Positions 13,201-28,500 of a stretch of DNA of 64,000 nt are shown here, in pieces; the first letter of the stretch is position 1, and each line of letters opens with the position of its first letter. The stretch comes from Iphione sp. A-MEVVRFRX5 (Eukaryota). The translations under genes were made by a program, and so were the position numbers. The DNA is taken from assembly GCA_976226885.1 (NCBI GenBank), contig OZ320314.1:106330001-106394000 (forward strand), in the 5' to 3' direction. The notes beneath the pieces were generated by a model, which did not search any database, was not told the origin of the DNA, and was given only the letters and a program-made list of their open reading frames with translations.

Positions 13201-15129
13201 CTCATTTACCTATTCAAACAGTATTTCAGTGGATGATTGACTGCTCCATCTTCTGCTCGAGAGCCACTCGTTCTAGCGCTATCACAGCCCAACTGACACC
13301 TCATCAAACATGTGTGTGTGGGGGGGGCATAAAACGTGTATGTAATGATCAACACCAGACTCAAACAGCACGGGATCTACACGCATCCCACTGACTTGTT
13401 ATCCGCAACCCTTGCCGATGTCTTATCGCCCGAGTCTTGTTATCGTCGTTATCATGCTAAAGGGAATAAAGGAGGTGTTCTGCTCGCTCAGTGGTACCAA
13501 GTGACTCGCCGATACCGATGAGTTATAGTTCGACACGCGCCATTCGCATGATTGAACGTCGAACGATGGCCGCGCCGTCCAGCGGCCGAGCCTTTATCGT
13601 TACAGCCGGACGAACCTGGAGAAAGGAACTCCTGGCCTGCCCGCCGCCAGAGCACCGGCTAGGGGCCTCGTCCCTACCTTTAGGATGACTGGAATTACAA
13701 AAAAGGGGCAGGAATTTCCCCGGGTGGGGGGCGTCTCTGTAGATGGGCGGTCAGCAGTGATGGATGCAGGCCGTTGAGGATGGGACTCTGATGGAAGTAT
13801 GATGGATGCTGGTCGAATCAGCGGTCTTCAAGCCTGTAATGCTGTCGCAGTTTAGCCTGCTCTCGAAAACCTAGGTGTTTCCATTCTATTAGCCTGATTA
13901 AATGCGCGAAAAGGATTGAGATCTATTATGGCAATGAGGCATGGTGCAGGATGGTAAGAAAGTACCAGATGTAACCCCCTTTCCATTACACGGGGACAGC
14001 AAAAAAAGTTCATTTAGGTTAATGCAACTGTCGATCCCTCTTCTACTATATCTCGTTACTATGCCCTATTTCACTGGCCGTGTGTAGTGTGTCGCCCGAG
14101 ATTTCAAGCACAAAACGTCGCGTCCTCTTGTTTCCATCGCCTTTGTGCACATTTTCTAATTCTAGGATTACCGTTGATTGATTATTGCCCGATAGCAACA
14201 GATAGCTTGATGGCTTGAAGTAAACACGGGAGTAACATGTCAGTTGGCACTGTGCATCCCATGTAGACGTAGTTGTATTCTTGTTAGAATTATCTGAAAT
14301 GCCCGGCCCTGCCTGTACGGACCATCTGACTACTAGCCACTCAGGAAGATAAGGCAGAGTAAAAATCCAGACAACAAATTTTATGCAACCGTCTGAAGAC
14401 AATAAGCCAAATGTTTATTTGCCATATTTGTGAATATATTAGTATGTATCACATAATAAATAGGGTAAGGTGTCTCGGTGAACAACAAAGCGATAGCCGT
14501 CTAGGGTAATGAAGGGACCCTTCCACAGCCAAGGCTCACCTGGTAACCAACCAAGGCTGGACTAATAATAACTTACTAATCCAGATGCCGATCGTTTTAC
14601 GACAGTAGCTCAAAAATTCTGAAGTTTCGGAGTACAGCTATTTCGCAAATGGCAATGTAATAAAATTCATATGGAAATCACTTCATCTTGTAGACGAAAC
14701 ACTATATATTTACAGATAATAGGACAGCTTTCAATGTGCCCATCTGACATATCTTAAAAACTAGAAATCTTATTCTGGGTACATGTGAAGTATTTGGATA
14801 AAATCGCAAATACAAAAATGAAACATTGGAGACTATGCATCAGTTACTACGTAACAATATGAAGCTATGGAATTTATTATCAATACAGTCAACAGTCAGT
14901 TGGTGACCAACGGCCAGGCGAGAGCAACTCATGGGAGAGACTGACAAGATAGCTTTTTTCTATAGGTCTCTATAGGTTCCTATAGGTTGGACATTCACAG
15001 GGACTACCAACCAGTACAAGAAACAGAAATACTCAGTCTGAGACTACCATTTTGTACTCATGGGAGCACTCGTGACCACCTATGGTGGTTGAAAAATAGC
15101 AAATTCATTCAAATAGGGGTAAAAAAACA

Positions 15130-15240
15130 GCATAACTGATGCAAGTTTGACTGAAAAACACAGAAACTGATGGAAATATGGCCAGAAAGCGGGAAAACTC
15201 ATGCAAATTCGGCCAAAGAACAGTGAAATTTATACAAATT
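15130..15240 (+). repeat. Diverged internal fragment of the TIR family at 48199 and 63456
   Basis: aaaaacacagaaactgatggaaa...aaaactcatgcaaattcgg resembles the 63605-63665 segment aaaaaatcagaaaaacgatggaaa...aaaactcattcaaattgg. Confidence 0.35.
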
Positions 15241-15316
15241 CGTCTGATCAGAGGCAGAATTCATGCACCTTTTGTTATTTGTCTAAGTAATAATAATTAT
15301 CACGACTTAGGTGCGG

Positions 15317-15355
15317 GAGAGAAAGAGAGAGAGAGAGAGAGATAGAGAGATGGGG

Positions 15356-15391
<36 letters not shown>
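15317..15391. repeat. Interrupted (GA)n microsatellite
   Basis: Direct reading of the sequence. Confidence 0.95.
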
Positions 15392-15393
<2 letters not shown>

Positions 15394-15900
15394 TGTACCA
15401 TCCATCACCAGGGGCGGCCTGGTTGCAAGAGAGACTAGATTCCTCCAGTTCCCCTAGTGGTCGACCGCATGTATATATCAACACTTCTATTAAAATGCTA
15501 CATTTTGAAACTACTACACTCAAATGAAACACAGTCTAGACCCCTTAACATTATCTAAATATGTACTACATGCAATGTAAACAGAAACGTGTAGTTTTAA
15601 ACACTTTTTGTTTAAAATTTTTCATACGTATTAATGTGTCGATTATATTACCCCCTATATCTAGTAAAGAAAGTGACTGGATAAATATCAGTTAAACTTA
15701 GAATATTTTCAACACTTTGAAAGTGTTTTTACAGGAAAAAACGGTTTTGAGGTAAGAGAGTATGGGTAAATGTAGCCATCAAACTTAACACCCGCTTGTA
15801 AAAGGTGTTGATAATATAATATTGCCTATTAGTTTGCACAGGAAACTGATAAAAATGAGCTACTATAGTCATCCCACCACATGTACTTAAAACTACTTCC

Positions 15901-16500
15901 TCCACAGACCTCCACCTCTACTGTTTCCAAATACCTCCACATCTTTTATCTTAACAGATCTTCACATCCACCATCTCCACACACATCCACATCTATTGTT
16001 GCCACAGTTCTCTACATGTACTGTCTCCACACACCTCACCATGTACCATCTCCACACACTTCCACAACTTCTTTTTCCACAACTCCACATCTACTGTTTC
16101 ACATACCTCCACATCTATCGTCTCAACACATCTTTACAACTACTGTCTCCACACATCTCCACATCTACCATTTCCACACATCTTCATATCTACCATAACG
16201 AAACCTCTACATCTGTCCCTATACACCTCAACATCTACTGTTTCCACACTTCTCAGCATCCACCATCTGCACACACCTCCACATCTACATCTCCACACAC
16301 AACCATATCTACCATCTCTACGCACCTCCACACCTGCTGTCTTCACACACATTCACACCTACTACCCCAACACACCTCCACATCTACCATTTCCAGACAC
16401 TTTGTATCTAGTGTCTCAACACACCTGCACATTTGCTGTCTCAACGCACCTCCATCACTTACCGTCTCCACTCACCTCCACATTTACTGTCTCAACACCT
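15901..16500. repeat. Degenerate minisatellite, unit about 25 bp (consensus like CACACACCTCCACATCTACTGTCTC)
   Basis: Recurrent ctccacatcta / ctactgtctc / cacacacctcc motifs over about 600 bp. This explains the His/Thr/Ser-rich ORFs 15881-16198 and 15996-16547. Confidence 0.85.
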
Positions 16501-19500
16501 ATGAATGGGGGATATTCGTCTATTTATATGAAACAGATCGAAATTAGGAGCAAATCCTGCAACGGAGGCCTCTCCAGGTCCGTTGGTTGAGCCAGCCCTG
16601 AGAGAAAGGACACGTTAATGCAGCCTGAAGGGTACATTCCAGGTACGTTAGTCGGATGTTTGTTAAATGAATCATGCCAGGGACCTCTACGGAGACCCTG
16701 CTTCCGTATCTTTCTAACACATTGCTCCCGATGATACGCAAGACAGAGTTTGGAATAATTAAGAGCCTCCCATAATGGACCAGATAAACCTGCTTTAGCG
16801 GGAAACCCTGTCAATGCGAGGGCTTAATGTTATTTTTTCAAGGCCCTGAACATATAACTTCAGCCAGAAAAAAATGGCGATCAATATGTCATCAGTCAGG
16901 AGGAGGCGATATAAAAACAACACGCATAGCAAAGTTGTAAATGTGTGTTCTGAAAGTTCGACATGTGGTTTCATATCCACAGGAAGGTTTATCACACTCC
17001 CAGGGGCACATTTGTGTACTGCCTGGACGAACTTGTGACACTATCGTCCAGTCTTTCCAGTAGGCTTCAATCCTAGACACTGTATCGTATTCGGTCGTAT
17101 AGACACCTCAGATTATGCGGTAGGTTTCGGGATCGCGACCCTGGAGCTGTTGGCTCGTATGACTCTGATCAATGGCTTCCTTCCCTAAGTAAGTTTCCAT
17201 GAGTTACATACAAGTGCCTGCTGGCAACATGCCAGCGTTTTCGAGTTTATTTTTTAGCATGGGGAAACGCGTGACGGTCGATTATGACGACCTGCTCTGG
17301 AGGCTTCCACACAAGTCTTCCGCGCACATCGCTGCATCCCACACTTCAACATATAATCCTCACGACATTGAACGCGGCCATGCGATGCATTGAATCAAGC
17401 TATGGGTTTTGTGCGATCGCAGTACACTGTTCTCCTGTGAGATAAAGGTGCTTAGAAAATACAGGTTTAATTTTCGTTTTAAAAAAAGAAGAATAAACGT
17501 TTGATCATCACAACCGTGTCTGGCTTGTAAATCATCAGCAAATGAAGAATAATCAGAACGTACTCTTCTTGAGTTCATATTACAGCAATCGCTGTAATTA
17601 TGAGGTATGGGAGCTCTGTTCGGCATAACCAAATTAAGGTTTAACGCCCGTGCAAACAAACTGTTAAAACGTGCCCGTCTCTGTCATTCTAGTGCCTTGG
17701 TGGCTGCAAACAGCCTCCAGCGGCAGCCTACGTGGATCCTGCTGCATTGAAATATATGTCATCTCGTTTGCCCAGCTGGTTGCCCAGATAATAAAGAGCG
17801 CGCATTTAGTGTTGCGTGCCTGAGTGCTTCCTAAATAGCATGTCCTCACCACAATAGTTGCTTCGAGATTATATTGGTAAATCAATAATGCTGAAGTGTT
17901 CTCTTGGTCCGTTCACATCGTTCCTTTAAGAAGGGATCTGTACTCTTTCCCCTGCACGACCGGTTTTCGATGTATGGAAATATTACATATTCTTCGTGCC
18001 ATTGAAAAAACCGTTTACATCTATAATCTTAGTGTATTGGGATAAGGGATGCCTTTTTATTGATTAACCGTGAAGACACTTTACATAAATAGCTCAATTT
18101 AGATACATCTTTAGAAGTGAACCATATTAATTAATGTATTCATTTCTGATGCGGAATTTGATGTAAACACAGGCCTAGTGAGGCCATATTTTAAACTCTT
18201 AGATGCTTAATTTTACGTGCCACACAAAACTGAGATCCTATAGGTGCGGCGTGTGCAGAAGGAGGATAAATCCAATCAGCCCTTCTTTCCTTCGGCGAAG
18301 GAGGCATGCAGTAGGAAAAATTCGATTACATGTGATTGATACCAAGCCAGAAGCTTTTTAAACGTTGCCTACAACAAAGAAGATACTTTCAATGCATACG
18401 GTGCTCTTATATTATTAAACGGTTCCGGGGAAAGTGCCATCACCGACCACGTGGGTAGCAGCAGGTGCTGCAACTCTTTGCAGGCTGCGCATTGACTTTC
18501 TTGCGGTTGGCATTATAAAATATTGTAACATTCCCCTTTTTCATATATCCAAGCATATAATTTATTCGTTTATGTGATAAGGTTTGCGTTCATCTCGAGG
18601 AGTGTGCTGGAACAAGGAGACACGCAATGAAAGGCAATATTTGGATACATCCTGGATTTACAGGGTCTCAATTGACATAATAGTGATAATTACGCAACTC
18701 CTCCCAACTCGATAATTACTCGCTACTTAACAGGTAGGCTCATTATCGATAAGGTCTCTAGCGCAAATAGATCAATGTGACAAACCGCCCAGCAGACCTC
18801 TCCCTGCAAGACAATTTGAGCTGGGATCAAGGCCATGCGATCTAGATTCATCGGCGAAAGCCGAGGCATTTGTGTTTTTTCTTCAAATGCCTCTCAACTG
18901 CTGACAAATTTACAACTTTGATCAGTTCTATTTAAAACAATGACCAACAAAAGAAACTTACAAGAGCGGATTGCATTTCACCAATTGCCACATAATGAGA
19001 TCCCTTAGCACTGCTTCCAAAGGAACAGAGTATTACCAGCAAAATGTTAGAGTGATGCTGAAGTGTTATGAATGTGTTTGAAGAGATCAATCAAAACCGT
19101 TACCAACAAAATAGCAGACTAATGATAAGGAGAAACACTAACATTTCTGATTTGATGTTGTACAGAATGTTCAGCGTTTGTTCCATCATTTTGTTATAAA
19201 GTTCTTGTCCACTCCGTACATTAAGTACGGTAAGGAAGCGTAACGTAACGCATTCATTTGAAGTGCAGAATTGTTTAGAATTCATTTTGGAGCAAAGTTG
19301 GGCACGGCATTCGACAATCCCCTACCGGTCTTATTAACTTCAGCCACGTATCTTCTTAAAAGATCTGCTACCCCGTGGCGCCAGAGCGTGGAGTGTAACT
19401 AAAACGGAAGGAGGAAGCCGAGCTGTCCTCCTGGCCCGCCGCTGCACGAATGAGCACAGTTTGCGGCTGCGTATCTGTCTGTTGTGAGGACAGGTTTGGT

Positions 19501-22500
19501 TGAAGCCTGCGCGGCCGGCGCTAGAAGGGGATGATCCTGTCAGCTATAAGCATCGGCTCGCGTGCACACCCAGGTGGCGCTGAAGGAGTCGAGCAAATCA
19601 CGCTAATCGTAAGAGCAGCTCGTGTTGGGCCCAGCAGGACTACTTCACGTTCAGGTCTCTTCCTCGCCTCCGCCATCGCCCTCCCCTACACCTTCGCCCA
19701 CCTGCTGGTTCGTCAGTCCATCCACCCAAGCCGTTGCTTTGCCGCCTGTCTGACGGTCGGGAAGTCTGTGGGGCGCCAAGGCCAACGAAATGAAGGCAAT
19801 AGAATACGTCAACATGCTGGAGGAAATTACAGGCACAAATTCCAAGCGACCATCTGATAGAAGAAGGCACAAAAAGGGCAATAGTCTGGAAGGTCCTCTG
19901 TATACGATAACGGCATCGACATAAAAACCATTAGCACGCCGAACCTAACTGGAATGAACCAGATCCAGTTGGATCTGACTGATTTCGAAGTAGGTTTCAT
20001 TCGCCAATCGAGGAGGAATCAGATGTCTCTGACAGGAAAATATGTTTAACAAATGAACCAATGATTAGGTCAGTTGTTAGTTAATTTAAAGTAATTTGAA
20101 GCATTTTTCCACTTCGTGAAATTCAAAATCAATTAGCACTCTTCAAGCCAACAATATTAATGGCCATTTTCATTAGTAAACACTTTATGCAAACAAAGTG
20201 CGAGATGTGACGTTGAATTAAGAAACAGGAGACTAAGGAAGACGTATTTTCCTTGCTTATTGAAATGTCCTCCCTTACTGCAAACATAGTGGCTGATAAT
20301 GCGTCGATTGTTCATTGTAGAGCGAAGGCGTAACTAAGTCGGGAAGTATTAACTCATTCATCGATTGCCCGCTGTCATCCTGAAATCATTACCTGGACAA
20401 ACATTAGCTCTGCGAAGTGCCCATATATCGACTGTAGCGAATATAATCATTGCAGGGATAAAGCTAACCAATAAACCGTTGTAATACTCAGTGCTATGTC
20501 AGGCACACAGTCTCTTTCTAATACCTTTAACATATCTGTGTTCCTTTCTCCTCTTAAGGATAATACAGAGCGAGCGATGCACGAAATACACCTTTAGCAG
20601 CCAATCACATGTACTATCCTGTTAGTAAATTATTCCTTCACAGACAAAGCTGTCGAGTCCTTCTCTGGTTTTGGTCACGCCAAGACCTACTGGAATTCGG
20701 TTTTTGCTTTGAATAAGTGGGTACCTCTACACCTTATAGGGCCAAGCCAATTTGGTCTACCGCCAACAAAATCACCGCTTCTTTGCCAAGAAAGGTGGTC
20801 GAAATATGAAGTGAACAGAACGTGAGGGGCTAATGAAATTGAGGCCTGTTCCGTGAATACAAGACGTCAGTCAAAACCTATTTTGTCGCCATGAAGAACG
20901 CCTACTTAAGTTTCAAAACCACATTAGAGCGGGAATGTGCTTTGGACGTTCTCGTATGGAACTGGGCTCTTTTAAGTTTCTAATCCTATATCTCCTCAGA
21001 CTTTCGTGCATACACGTCGATACGCAGTTCCCCCTGCCCTCCCTTACAGGTCCCTATGTGCCAGGGTAAATCTACGTTTTTAAACTTTTGATCGCTTAAA
21101 GTACCGTGTTACACTTCCCAATGCACTTGAGGAAATCTCCTCACCGCCCGTGTCACATCTACGCTCCGTTAATATCGTGGCTCGTGAAACGCGTAGCCTT
21201 TGCATGCATACATGTTTGCTTTGTAGTTCTCATATTCGCACTGCAGGTGTGCACGCGGCCAATCACTGCTGGACCATTCTCCTAATACTCACCACCACTA
21301 CCACCCTATAGGTTACTCCCCACTAAGGGTCTCCGGGCCGGTGTAGTTCATTGTGTGAACCTTGCCTGACAGCACGTCGGGCTGCAGGGCCTGGCGAGGG
21401 GATCGTCGGCTGCAGGCATTGTGCAGCATGCATCCTTTTCAGGCAAGTCCTACATACTTCGGATGTCGGTTGTATTCAGTTTCTACATAGGTGCTGGCAC
21501 GGGCCTGTAAAAGGACTTCAAGCATTCAGGAAAATGTCAGAGGATATCTCTTCGGGCGAGGAAAGGCTGTATTCCACTTTTATTCTGTGTCTCCAAATCA
21601 GTGAAACAGTTGAAGGGACGGCTTTTTGTTTAGAAAGGGTCTGTGAATCATGGGAAACCATAAGTGCATATTCCATCAATCTTCTATGTACACTGTACAT
21701 ATCAAATGTTACTGGCTTGATATGGCCTCAAACTAAGCATGCAGTGTGTAGTGCAAAGTAGACACTGCGGCAGAATTAGGTTAACTTCGTTAAACATGAT
21801 TCTTCCCAATCGTGTCTCTTGAAAATTCACTTTGGACACATTTTGCAATGCGGTGACGTACACCACAACATTCTAATTGGGCTTTCTTGTATATTTTCTA
21901 AATAGAGTATAGCCAGTGAATAGTAGCAAGTGGCAAAAACGTCGATATATCGTAATGTCTCTTCCCTAGAAGTAATCTCTGAGAAAGCACGAACTGTCAA
22001 GGGACATGGTGTAGGGGACACTAACTCACCCGCCATAACGTGTTTTGCCTAACGCCAGGTTTCCCCTGTAAATCTTAATTCTTGCGCACTTCAAGGCGGA
22101 CGTGAAGGGCACACGAGCTAAGTGGGGGCTTAGTTCTCATCAATCAGCTGTTGGTTAGGTGTCCTCTGTCCTCTGGCAATGATCCAGTCCTTTGCCATTT
22201 GGTAATCCCCTCTCTCTGTCCTCTAAACGAAAGCCCCATGCCAACTGAAGTGAACTGTTCAGCGTGGAATTTAGACTTAAAATTTACAATTCTAGGTAGC
22301 TAAGATAGCGTATGAGGAAATCATCAGCGGGAATTCGCATCTGAGGCAACTGGACCTCAAACTAATGCTTTCTTTTGTCGAGTCCCTTCTCCGTGTAGGT
22401 AATGGGCATGTACTTATGTTGAGGATTGGACATGGGTTGTGTGACGGCTAGTAGGGTTAAAAACAGTGCCCGGCGATTTAGATGACCCTAAGTTTGTTAA

Positions 22501-25500
22501 CGTCGGACGGGCCAATGTATTACTAACTACGACCCACAACCCGTTCCTTATTCTAAGGTTCCAACCTTCCCACACCGGCACCACCCGCCAGTCCCAAAGG
22601 GTGATGTCTGTGTTGCAGGAAAGGATGAGCACAACCCTCACTGCTCATCATACCTCGACCGAGTGTCACAGCTACGTCACAAGAGAGGGCCTCTGCAAAA
22701 TGTACTCACACAGGGACATTCTGATTTCGGCGAACTTTCTCGGCACAGTGCACATGTATCGAGCGTCAGTGCAATAACTCAGAGGATGAACCCGGGCCTA
22801 CTGACAACGATGTTATGGCCAGTAATCTCCTCTTCCGCAACATTAAAACACACGTGTACGTCTTATGTTATTATCAGTACGGCACACGGCTAGGCTGTGC
22901 TGAAAGCAATTACTTACCTATACTTTTGGAGTAGGTAAACGGCTTCTCCTGCAAAAGAAAGATAAGAAAATTAGAAAGCCGCAGGTGCCATGGCGATCCA
23001 GTATTACAAAGTAATAGATGTAATATATATATATATATCTAAATGATAATGACCATTTCGAAATTAATTTGACTCCAACGCACAACACACCATCAAACGT
23101 CAATATCTTTTTTTTCATTTTAGTCTTCAACATTTATCACTGTCGCTGTATCAAATCTTTTAATGACAATTTGTAACTGAGTTCAGACTGAAAAGGGAAA
23201 GAAAACCTTGACATGATACATCTTCCTTTAAAAATACTGACTAAATTACTGACACTGGAGGAAGAGATCAAAGAGTGTCTGCTCAAGAAAAAAATCAACG
23301 AGGCAAGAGAAATGATTGAAAGAAAAGTACCGGTTAGGAGCGGTATCTGAATACCAAGTAACGCCAATGGCCTGCACCGGAGCGGGGGGCAGAGAAACCA
23401 AACAACAGCCTACATCTACCTAAAGACACTTATAGGGAAAATTGATGAGAAAATGTCATGTTTGCCTCACGCCACGGTTCTCATTACCCAGGGATCGGAT
23501 CAAGAGGAAGGCATCCTCCTTATCGTGATACCCTCTCTCTTCCTCGACTTTGGTGGTTGGTTGGGGGGGGGAGTGAGTATCATGTAAAGAGACAGATGGC
23601 AGTGGCACCTGCGAATTTGCCTCCTGGTAACATCGACCACAGCATATATTTATTTCAAAGGAGGCACACTGTGAAAGAAGTGAATACATGGCATCTGGCT
23701 GCGTTCCAGGGTGGTGAAGAGAGGAAAGGTTGTCGAATGTAATGTTTGTTGAGCTTTTCATTGAGTCCATTGCTGTATTGAAAAAAATGCAATTTTGCCG
23801 CATTTCAACTTTGTCAGGATATTCAGTATTAGTGCTGACCTTGGATGGAATGTGTTCGACAATTGATTTCCAGAGAATTCAGATTAAAAGCTTCAGATTC
23901 TAAATGGAGTTTTACATTTCCTTAATGCCTTATTGCTGTTGTGGTTTAGAGCTATGGGATCGAGGAATCATTCTAGAGCTTTCTCGACAAAACAATTCCA
24001 CAATTATCTTGGTTTCCAAGGATCCCAAGAATTTAGTACTTTGCATCACTATATATTGAATAGAGAAAAAAGACATAGCGTATTGATTTAGTATTTTACA
24101 TAGTCACATTTCTATGAGTACAAGAATCCCACGATGAGCAAGATTTACCTCGTTATAGAACAGACTTCATAAAGTTTCTCTACGAATGCAAATTTTGGAA
24201 AAGGATGAATAAGTATGGCATGGCAACAAGAATGCTTAAAAGCCGCCACAGGGAAAGCTGGCAGGCCACAACTCGGTAGCACTCCTGGGAGACCAGAACA
24301 TAGGCGCGCTTCGAATTAATAGGATGCACAAGTATGAATCGGTTTGTCCTGCCAAGGTTAGGACCAGGATAATTACATACTCCCTACGAAATTCCCCTCA
24401 ATCTAACTAACATATACAAAATAAAATTCGTGTAATGATACTTCTTATAAATTTTACAGAAATAATCGATTTCCAGAGCAGACAGTGGCAATGCCCCAGC
24501 CCACATTTTTAGTTCACACCAGATGACTGTAATTTAACATTGTTCCTCAATCTTCAGCTACGTCCCTCTTTTTTTTTATAGAAATACTGACGTCATTGAA
24601 TTGAACTTACTCTAATCGGTAATAATTCAACGTTGAATTGAAATGAAATGCCTCCATCCATCCAATATCTCACTGCCCGATATAATAGGACATTAAACGG
24701 CATCATTCTTACATCTTAGCGAGTCAGGGATTAAATGATGGCAGCTCGCTGAGAACCGCGTGGCACCAAAGGTAATCCATGTTTGTCACTTAAACCGATT
24801 ATCATCATTCATACGCCCCGTGGGTATACTCCCTCTGGTCGTATTGTCCTTTGCTTTTTGAAAAGCATAAGACTTGAAGAAAATGAAATATTGGTAACGT
24901 CCAGATGCCTCTTCGATGAGAATAGTCTTACGGTCTCCAGGATAATTGGGGAAAAAACAACAAGGAACAGATTAGGTGACGTTTTTCCCCTATCTGCCTA
25001 CCCGTTTACTTTTCTTGTGGAGTGAAAGTGAAAGACAAATATGTTGTTCCGTTCCTGTTTAGCACTACATAGGAAATCAAACTATCAAGATGTATATATA
25101 TGTATATATCCATATGAAAACTAAATATGATCTGTTTTACACAGACAAGCATTTCATTATGCACCTTTAATCAGTGTGACGCATAATATCAAACAAAAAA
25201 GAGGAGAGGAACGAGGAGGGTAGTCGCTTCTATAATAGAATGATCCTTCTTTTTCCTGCCTTAAAGGCTGCTGAACCAAAAACAGCAGACGGAATCCTTT
25301 CCATTAGATCCACTGTAAGCTTTGAGGTCCTTCCCAGTACAGAACTCTGTCATACAAATTTTGCGAAGACTTAATTGATCAAAAAAAACCTAACGTCTTG
25401 CAGTATCTCTCCGGAGTAGGCGAGTGGGTACCAAGTATTACTTTGAAAGAGTTTCCATTTGTTTCCAAAAGAGAACTTGCCCAGTGAATTGATAGGCGCC

Positions 25501-28500
25501 AAGATTACATTTTCTAGGTTTGCATGCAATAGTTTGCCTCATGTGTGGAAGGCATTATATTCCTGCTCTGTGGTAGGACGCAATAACCAAGGTCCCGTGA
25601 CGAATCGCATTTGAACTCGCTCGATCTTTGGTCCAATCAGAAACACTTCTGAGGAACCTGCGTGTCAAACTTTTATTTCTCTCCTGTATGTGAGAGAGAA
25701 ACACGGCAGACAAGGCTGGCTGGAAAAAAAAAGGTAACTAGGAAGAACACTTCATAGGTGCAAAGTAGGCGATTTATAGTTTGTGTCCATCTCGTCGGTC
25801 TATAAACGTTAAAGTATTTTAGTCGATTGTATGAGCTACTCTACTAGCTCTAATCGTGTGACGAAATTGAATTGAATTGAATAGAACTTGTCTTTATTCA
25901 CTTCACAGTGTTGCATACAGTGTGTCCTTTAAGTGAATTTAACAGTTCTAGGATCAAAAATTATATAGTGTTAGGATATGGAGTGACCACAGCGAATAAG
26001 GATTCCCTTAAAAAAAGATAATAATGTCTTGACTGCCGATTGATATCAAACCAGTGTTTGTTTTTAATTCCAGACTGAAATCCACTGCGCCGTTGTTGCA
26101 TTGACGTCCTGTTTGCCCTTCTTCGGGATGAACTGGAAATTGGCTTTTAGCTTTCTAAAGTTACCGTGAGATAATGTATTAAATGGGTCAGATTAATTTA
26201 GAAACCAAATTAAGAACACTATGAGTCTGGCTGATCACATTCCAACCAGCTCCCTTGGCCCTCATTTCATGAGCGCGCCGGTATTAACGAGCAACTGGTC
26301 CCGATAGCAGCCAAGATGCTCTCTCCCCTGGGTTCAATAAAAGAGATAGAGCATGGATTGATTGGCAAATCTTGTTGATGACACTTGCTATAGAGTTTAA
26401 TCTCATTTCCCTCTGAGTGTGCCTCATTACTGAATAAGGTGGGAAAAAAACGTATGATTGGTCTAATCGACAATATAGTGGCTTCTTGAAAAAAGGTGTA
26501 TTTAGAAGATCGTCTAGGCCCCTTGGGTCATGTATATTTAGCACGAGTTAATCATACAGTGAATAGTTAACGTGGATTTTGAAGTTATGACGAATTGCCA
26601 TACTTGCGTTTATGTAATGGTGTGAGTTTATAATTTGTTATCATCAACTGCAATGATGCAGCATGACAATGTAGACGGGTGTATTTTACTTTCCATGAAC
26701 CCGTGCGTTTTTGCACAAAACATTCTTTTAATTGTTCTATAATTGTAAACTGTGTGTGTTTTTAAATGAAATCATATACAAATAAAGTATTTTTTTTACA
26801 TAACTTGATGATACGTAGCCTGACCCCGAGCCTAACTTCCATACCTTACCAGTGCATTCGTATGTATTTGCATAAAGTTTTACAGCAATGTCCGTTTTCC
26901 AACAATGCACATGCAATGCAAATGCAGTGGACGGGTATGGAGCCCCTAATCAGTCAAATGTTACTTCACTGGAAGTGGAAGACGTTATTGATGTCCCTTT
27001 TTCTCGTCTATATGGATTAACCCTTTAGAAACAAATTTAACAGACAAAAGCATTGAGTTTGACTAATTTTGCTTCCCACGCGTGCTAGAACTACAAATAG
27101 ATTCAGACTAGCAAGCACATGCAAGTTAGATATGGAAAGTACGCCACATCGTCCTTTCCTCTTTTTGTTTCCGATAGTCGCTGCAACAGGTGTTTGCCTT
27201 TGAACTTTTACTCAAGTCTAAGTGTGACCTTACACCTTGACCTTTCTATAATGTAACCGCGGGCTGATGGTCCCCCATCGAACGGGAAGCAGCGTATAGT
27301 GGAAATTGGCCATTTCAGGAAGCTGGCCAGGAGGCAACCATTTACAGCCTCCCTTGTGGCTCTTTTGTCTGGATTATGCCTAGACCGCCGTGGAAAGTTA
27401 TATGGACTAAGGCGGCTGCATGAAGTATATAACCGTGTGCTTTATTTATGGGTGGGGATTATTTTCCAATCACCAACGACAACCCACTCACAGTGCTAAA
27501 AACCTGCATTAATGGCTATTTGAATCAATTTGCGGTGGAAAGACAATTTCAAGCAAGCGTTATTTTTTTTGCTTTATTCAACCCGAATGGCTTATATTAT
27601 ATAGTACTTAGGTCTCAGGCCATATTAACGACTAACTGGGTGAATTCAGAAGAGGAATCTACCGTTGATATGGAGGAAATGGCTACTACTCAGGTGTACC
27701 TTTGTTGTGAGTCGTTCGTACCTTGGCCACATGTCTGTTACATCTCGACGTGGGGACGGCGGCCATTAACCTGTGTATCTGGCGCTAACCTGGCAGTTGC
27801 TTGACTTCTTTTCAAAAAATTAACCACAGGGATATCCAGGAAAACTCTGGTCTCCTCTGTGATTAGGTTTCCTGAGGAGGCTGTTCGTCGGATAACCAAG
27901 GTGTTCTACATTTGACAAGATATTCTTTCAAGACGTCAAACTATTTACGGTTCCCTGGCGATGGAAATTTATCTCTACAGCCGTCTGAAAGTTGTTTCAT
28001 GCACCTGTGGCGGAATATTTTGGCCAGTCAAGTGTGCGAAATATTTGTCGATTCTATCACTATCAATTTAGCGATTCAGTGAAGTATATTACAAACTTGC
28101 TTCAAATGGGTGCTGAGAAAGACCTGTCGGCTTTTTAGGAAAAGAATAGTTTAAGTTTATAAAACATTATTTAAAGATGTATCTCTGGGGACGGTCTTTT
28201 GTTTCTTATTTTCTTTCTTTTCCCTGAAAAGTGAATGTCGATCAAAAGATATGTTTTATCAAGGTAATGAAAAAAATGTGATAATATGTGGCTGATGATA
28301 TGAAAACAAGTCACCTTCCTCTATGGGCAAAATACTACAATTTATTGACACTTAAAAATATCCAATGGGTCATTGCGCGTTCCCAACACATTCACAAAAA
28401 TGCCTTTAATGATAGAAAGTATGATTATATGATAAAGATAGCTAACGTGATGCTTTTCAACGTTTTTGTATGGTATAACAAGACGTTTCCTCTATTTCAT

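Noticed and set aside
15881-16547. His/Thr-rich proteins of 105 and 183 aa
   Set aside because: Translation products of the minisatellite.
18850-18866. TCGGC-GAAA-GCCGA tetraloop as part of a ribozyme
   Set aside because: No hammerhead (CTGATGA…GAAA) or HDV-like core could be assembled around it.
22466-22893. Host exon after the ttgcag acceptor at about 22618
   Set aside because: None of the three frames gives a recognisable protein and there is no clear donor.
25400-25885. Degenerate SINE (gagtgggtacc, aaccaaggtcccgtg, ATTGA tail)
   Set aside because: Only short scattered motif matches; there is no A/B box and no boundaries can be supported.
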